Origin: Malacoraja senta | Taxonomy: Eukaryota | Length of the DNA stretch: 64,000 bases | Assembly (NCBI GenBank): GCA_038087875.1 | Contig: JAXLNO010000645.1 | Coordinates: forward strand, 124,001-188,000 | Reading direction: 5' to 3' | Shown here: positions 61,589 through 64,000 of the stretch, piece after piece | Position numbering within the stretch: the first letter of the stretch is position 1 | Layout of the letters: every line of letters starts with the position of its first letter | Notes under the pieces: model-generated | What the model saw: only the letters and a program-made list of their open reading frames with translations | Databases searched by the model: none | Told to the model about the DNA's origin: nothing | Translations under genes and position numbers: made by a program

Positions 61589-64000
61589 AACAGAGACAGC
61601 AGCAGAAATAACAACGAACAACAACAGCTTGCAGCCCTAATGCAACTTCAGTCGCCGCAGCTCGGCGCCAACTAGGAGCATGCGCCCTTTTTAGGGCGGG
61701 CATCTACAGATGTCGAACCGGATGGCATCACCCTGCTGCAGCTGAATGCGGAAGACCTCACCAAGGCCAAGACCACCATCACTGAACATCTGCTACAGAC
61801 CCACAAAGTCATTGCAATCCTGCTCCAAGAGACTTACAAAAGTGATCGCTCCCATCTGAAGATCCCTGGTTGTACCCTGGCCACCTACACCGAGAGCGAC
61901 ACCCAAGGGATTGCCACTTTTGTAAGGAACAAAGAAAAATGGAAAGCGATTGCAGTGTCCCCTCCTGACTCCGACGTGGAATAGGCAGCAACGCAAGTCG
62001 AAGGTGTCACGGTCATCAATGTATACAAGCCACCTTCTATCAGGCTCCACAAAGACTCCATCCCCAACTTTGGTTCGCCCTGCATCTACACCGGAGACTT
62101 TAACTGCCACAGCACCACCTGGGGCTACCGTTCAACTAACTCAGATGGAGCTGCACTAGAAGACTGCGCCTCAGCTACTGCCGTTCAACTCCTGTACGAC
62201 CCTAAACAACTGGACAGCTTCCACTCTGGCACGTGGAACACCACTACCAACCCTGACTTGGCTTTTGCAAACCTGAATGAACCAGCCTCACACCGTATCA
62301 TCCTGGATCACTTCCCGAAATCGCAACATCGCCCATCTCTGATTATCCCGGACAATCCCATCGAGCCGGTCCCAACCAACCCTGCGAAGAGGTGGAAATT
62401 CCGCAAGGCCAGGTGGGACCAGTTCACAAGTCTGGTGGATTTCTGGATCGACAGCCTTCCCATCTTCACCTCCACCAATCAGGACATAGCCTAGTCAGCC
62501 TTTTGCAAACTCCTCATCAGGGCATCGAAGAGTTCCATTCCTCGTGGCTATCATTGCCGGTACATCCCCACATGGGACGAAGAGTGTGACGCATGCTATG
62601 ACGCATTCCTGGACACTGAACCTGGCGAAGGGGCTACCTCCAAGGCTACGGAACTGACAACCTGCCTCGACCAAGAAGGGCAGAGAGCGGTGGGAAGAGA
62701 CAGTCCAAGGAATCGACTTCACACACTCCAGTAGGATGGCTTGGAAGACCTTCAATCGCCTCACTGGTCGAAGTACCCACCCAAAGCATTGCCCTGTCAT
62801 GGCCAACTCCATCGCCCACCAGCTCCTGGCCAACGGCCACTTCAAAGACGCGGACAAGAATCATACTTGTTCTGTCAAGCAGTAAACCACTAATCTTTGG
62901 AAAGCTCCAGGTGCTGATGGGCTCCTGTCAGCACCCTTTTCCTCTGCAGAACGCTCTCCTGTCATCACTCAATTGAAATGCGGAAAAGCCCAGGGTCCTG
63001 ATAACATCCCCAGAATTCATGAAACACTGCGGTCCTAAATGCCAGGTCTGGCTCCGTGAGTTCTACTCCTCTTGTCTGATTGGTCAGTTCATTCCGAAGA
63101 TCTGGTGGAAAGCCACCGTCATTGCGTTACCAAAACCAAACAAGCGTGTGAACGACCCAAGGAACTATCGGCCCATCTCACTCCTCTGTGTCCTGTACAA
63201 GCTTTTGTATGGGTCGCTGCACTACCCACAAAATAGTCAAGCTGACCAATGACATCGAAGACTGTTTAGAAAAGATTCCCAAGGCGGGCGTCACACTGGT
63301 GGACCTCACCGCCTCCTACGATACAGTGTGGCACCAGGGCCTGATCTTGAAGCTCCTCCACGCCATTCCTGACCGCCATTTAGTGCAGTTCCTTGCTAAC
63401 ATCCTGGCCAACTGCAGTTTTTTACTCAAGACCAGCGACGGACAATCTAGCCGACTGCAGCGCCTAAGAAACGGAGTCCCTCAAGGCTCGGTACTGGCTC
63501 CCATGCTCTTCAATCTCTTTATCAGCGATCTGACACGCACGACCTTGTGCCAGTATGTACACGGAGATGACCTGGCCCTACTGCATTCAGACAGGAGTTG
63601 GTCAAACGTGGAGGATGTGCTGTCAGTGGATATGGAACTTTTCGCGGGCTGCTTTAAGACCTGGAGACTAAAACTTAGTGTGGCAAAAACCACCACAACG
63701 GCCTTTCACCTGAACAAGGAAGCTCAACGCCAGCTAACCGTCACCCTCAATGTGTCACCCCTACCCTATAACCCATTTCCTACATACCTTGGGGTGAAAC
63801 TAGATCGGCAGCTGACCTACAAGCAATTACTTGAAGCTAAAGTCTCGGCGCAGAACAACCTCCTGCATTACTTGGCTGTATCATCATGGGGCGCCAGGAC
63901 ATCTACTCCCCGAACCAGTGCTCTTCCACTCGTGTACAGCGCTACTGAGTACACCGCCCCAGCATGTTGCAGCAGCGCTCATACTAGCAAGCTAGACGCC
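61521..64000 (+). mobile_element. Ingi/Vingi-like LINE copy 2 (single APE-RT ORF, decayed), running off the window end
   Basis: ATG at 61640, then LLQLNAEDLTKAK, LLQETY, INVYKPP, GDFNCH, NYRPISLLCVLYKL, LVDLTASYDTVW, NGVPQGSVLAPMLFNLFISDL, VHGDD, YLGVKLDRQLTY and WGA...LVYSATEY; stops and frameshifts present. Confidence 0.88.

Noticed and set aside
61700..61730. 2A ribosome-skipping peptide (STDVEPDG) before the endonuclease
   Set aside because: Lacks the required D(V/I)ExNPGP motif.

Overview
Eukaryotic repeat-rich DNA with no intact host gene detected. The CR1/HER1-like and Penelope-like repeat ends suggest a cartilaginous fish (inference). About 45.6 kb (1-42366 and 50429-53672) is a diverged, CpG-rich 25-bp satellite (consensus ~TTTTCGTCGCTTTTCGCGTGCTGAA) arranged in two variant layers with nested kb-scale higher-order duplications. 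The many short K/R-rich and F/L-rich ORFs there are translation artefacts. The rest is two transposon islands. They contain a full-length but decayed DIRS1-like tyrosine-recombinase retrotransposon (54467-59593: gag, RT/RNase H, DAM-like methyltransferase, YR, ICR, 37-bp ITRs) inserted at an ATT trinucleotide into the gag of an older related DIRS. A ~3.26-kb DNA-level duplicate of its 3' half plus flank is fused to the satellite (42367-45629). There are also Penelope, CR1 and hAT-like fragments, and two tandem Ingi/Vingi-like LINE copies. The second LINE copy starts with a complete HDV-like ribozyme fold (61521-61588), while the first has lost the catalytic half. I cannot show that any of this is a wholly new system. 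The best leads are the ribozyme pair, the exactly reconstructable DIRS-in-DIRS insertion, and the layered satellite higher-order structure.
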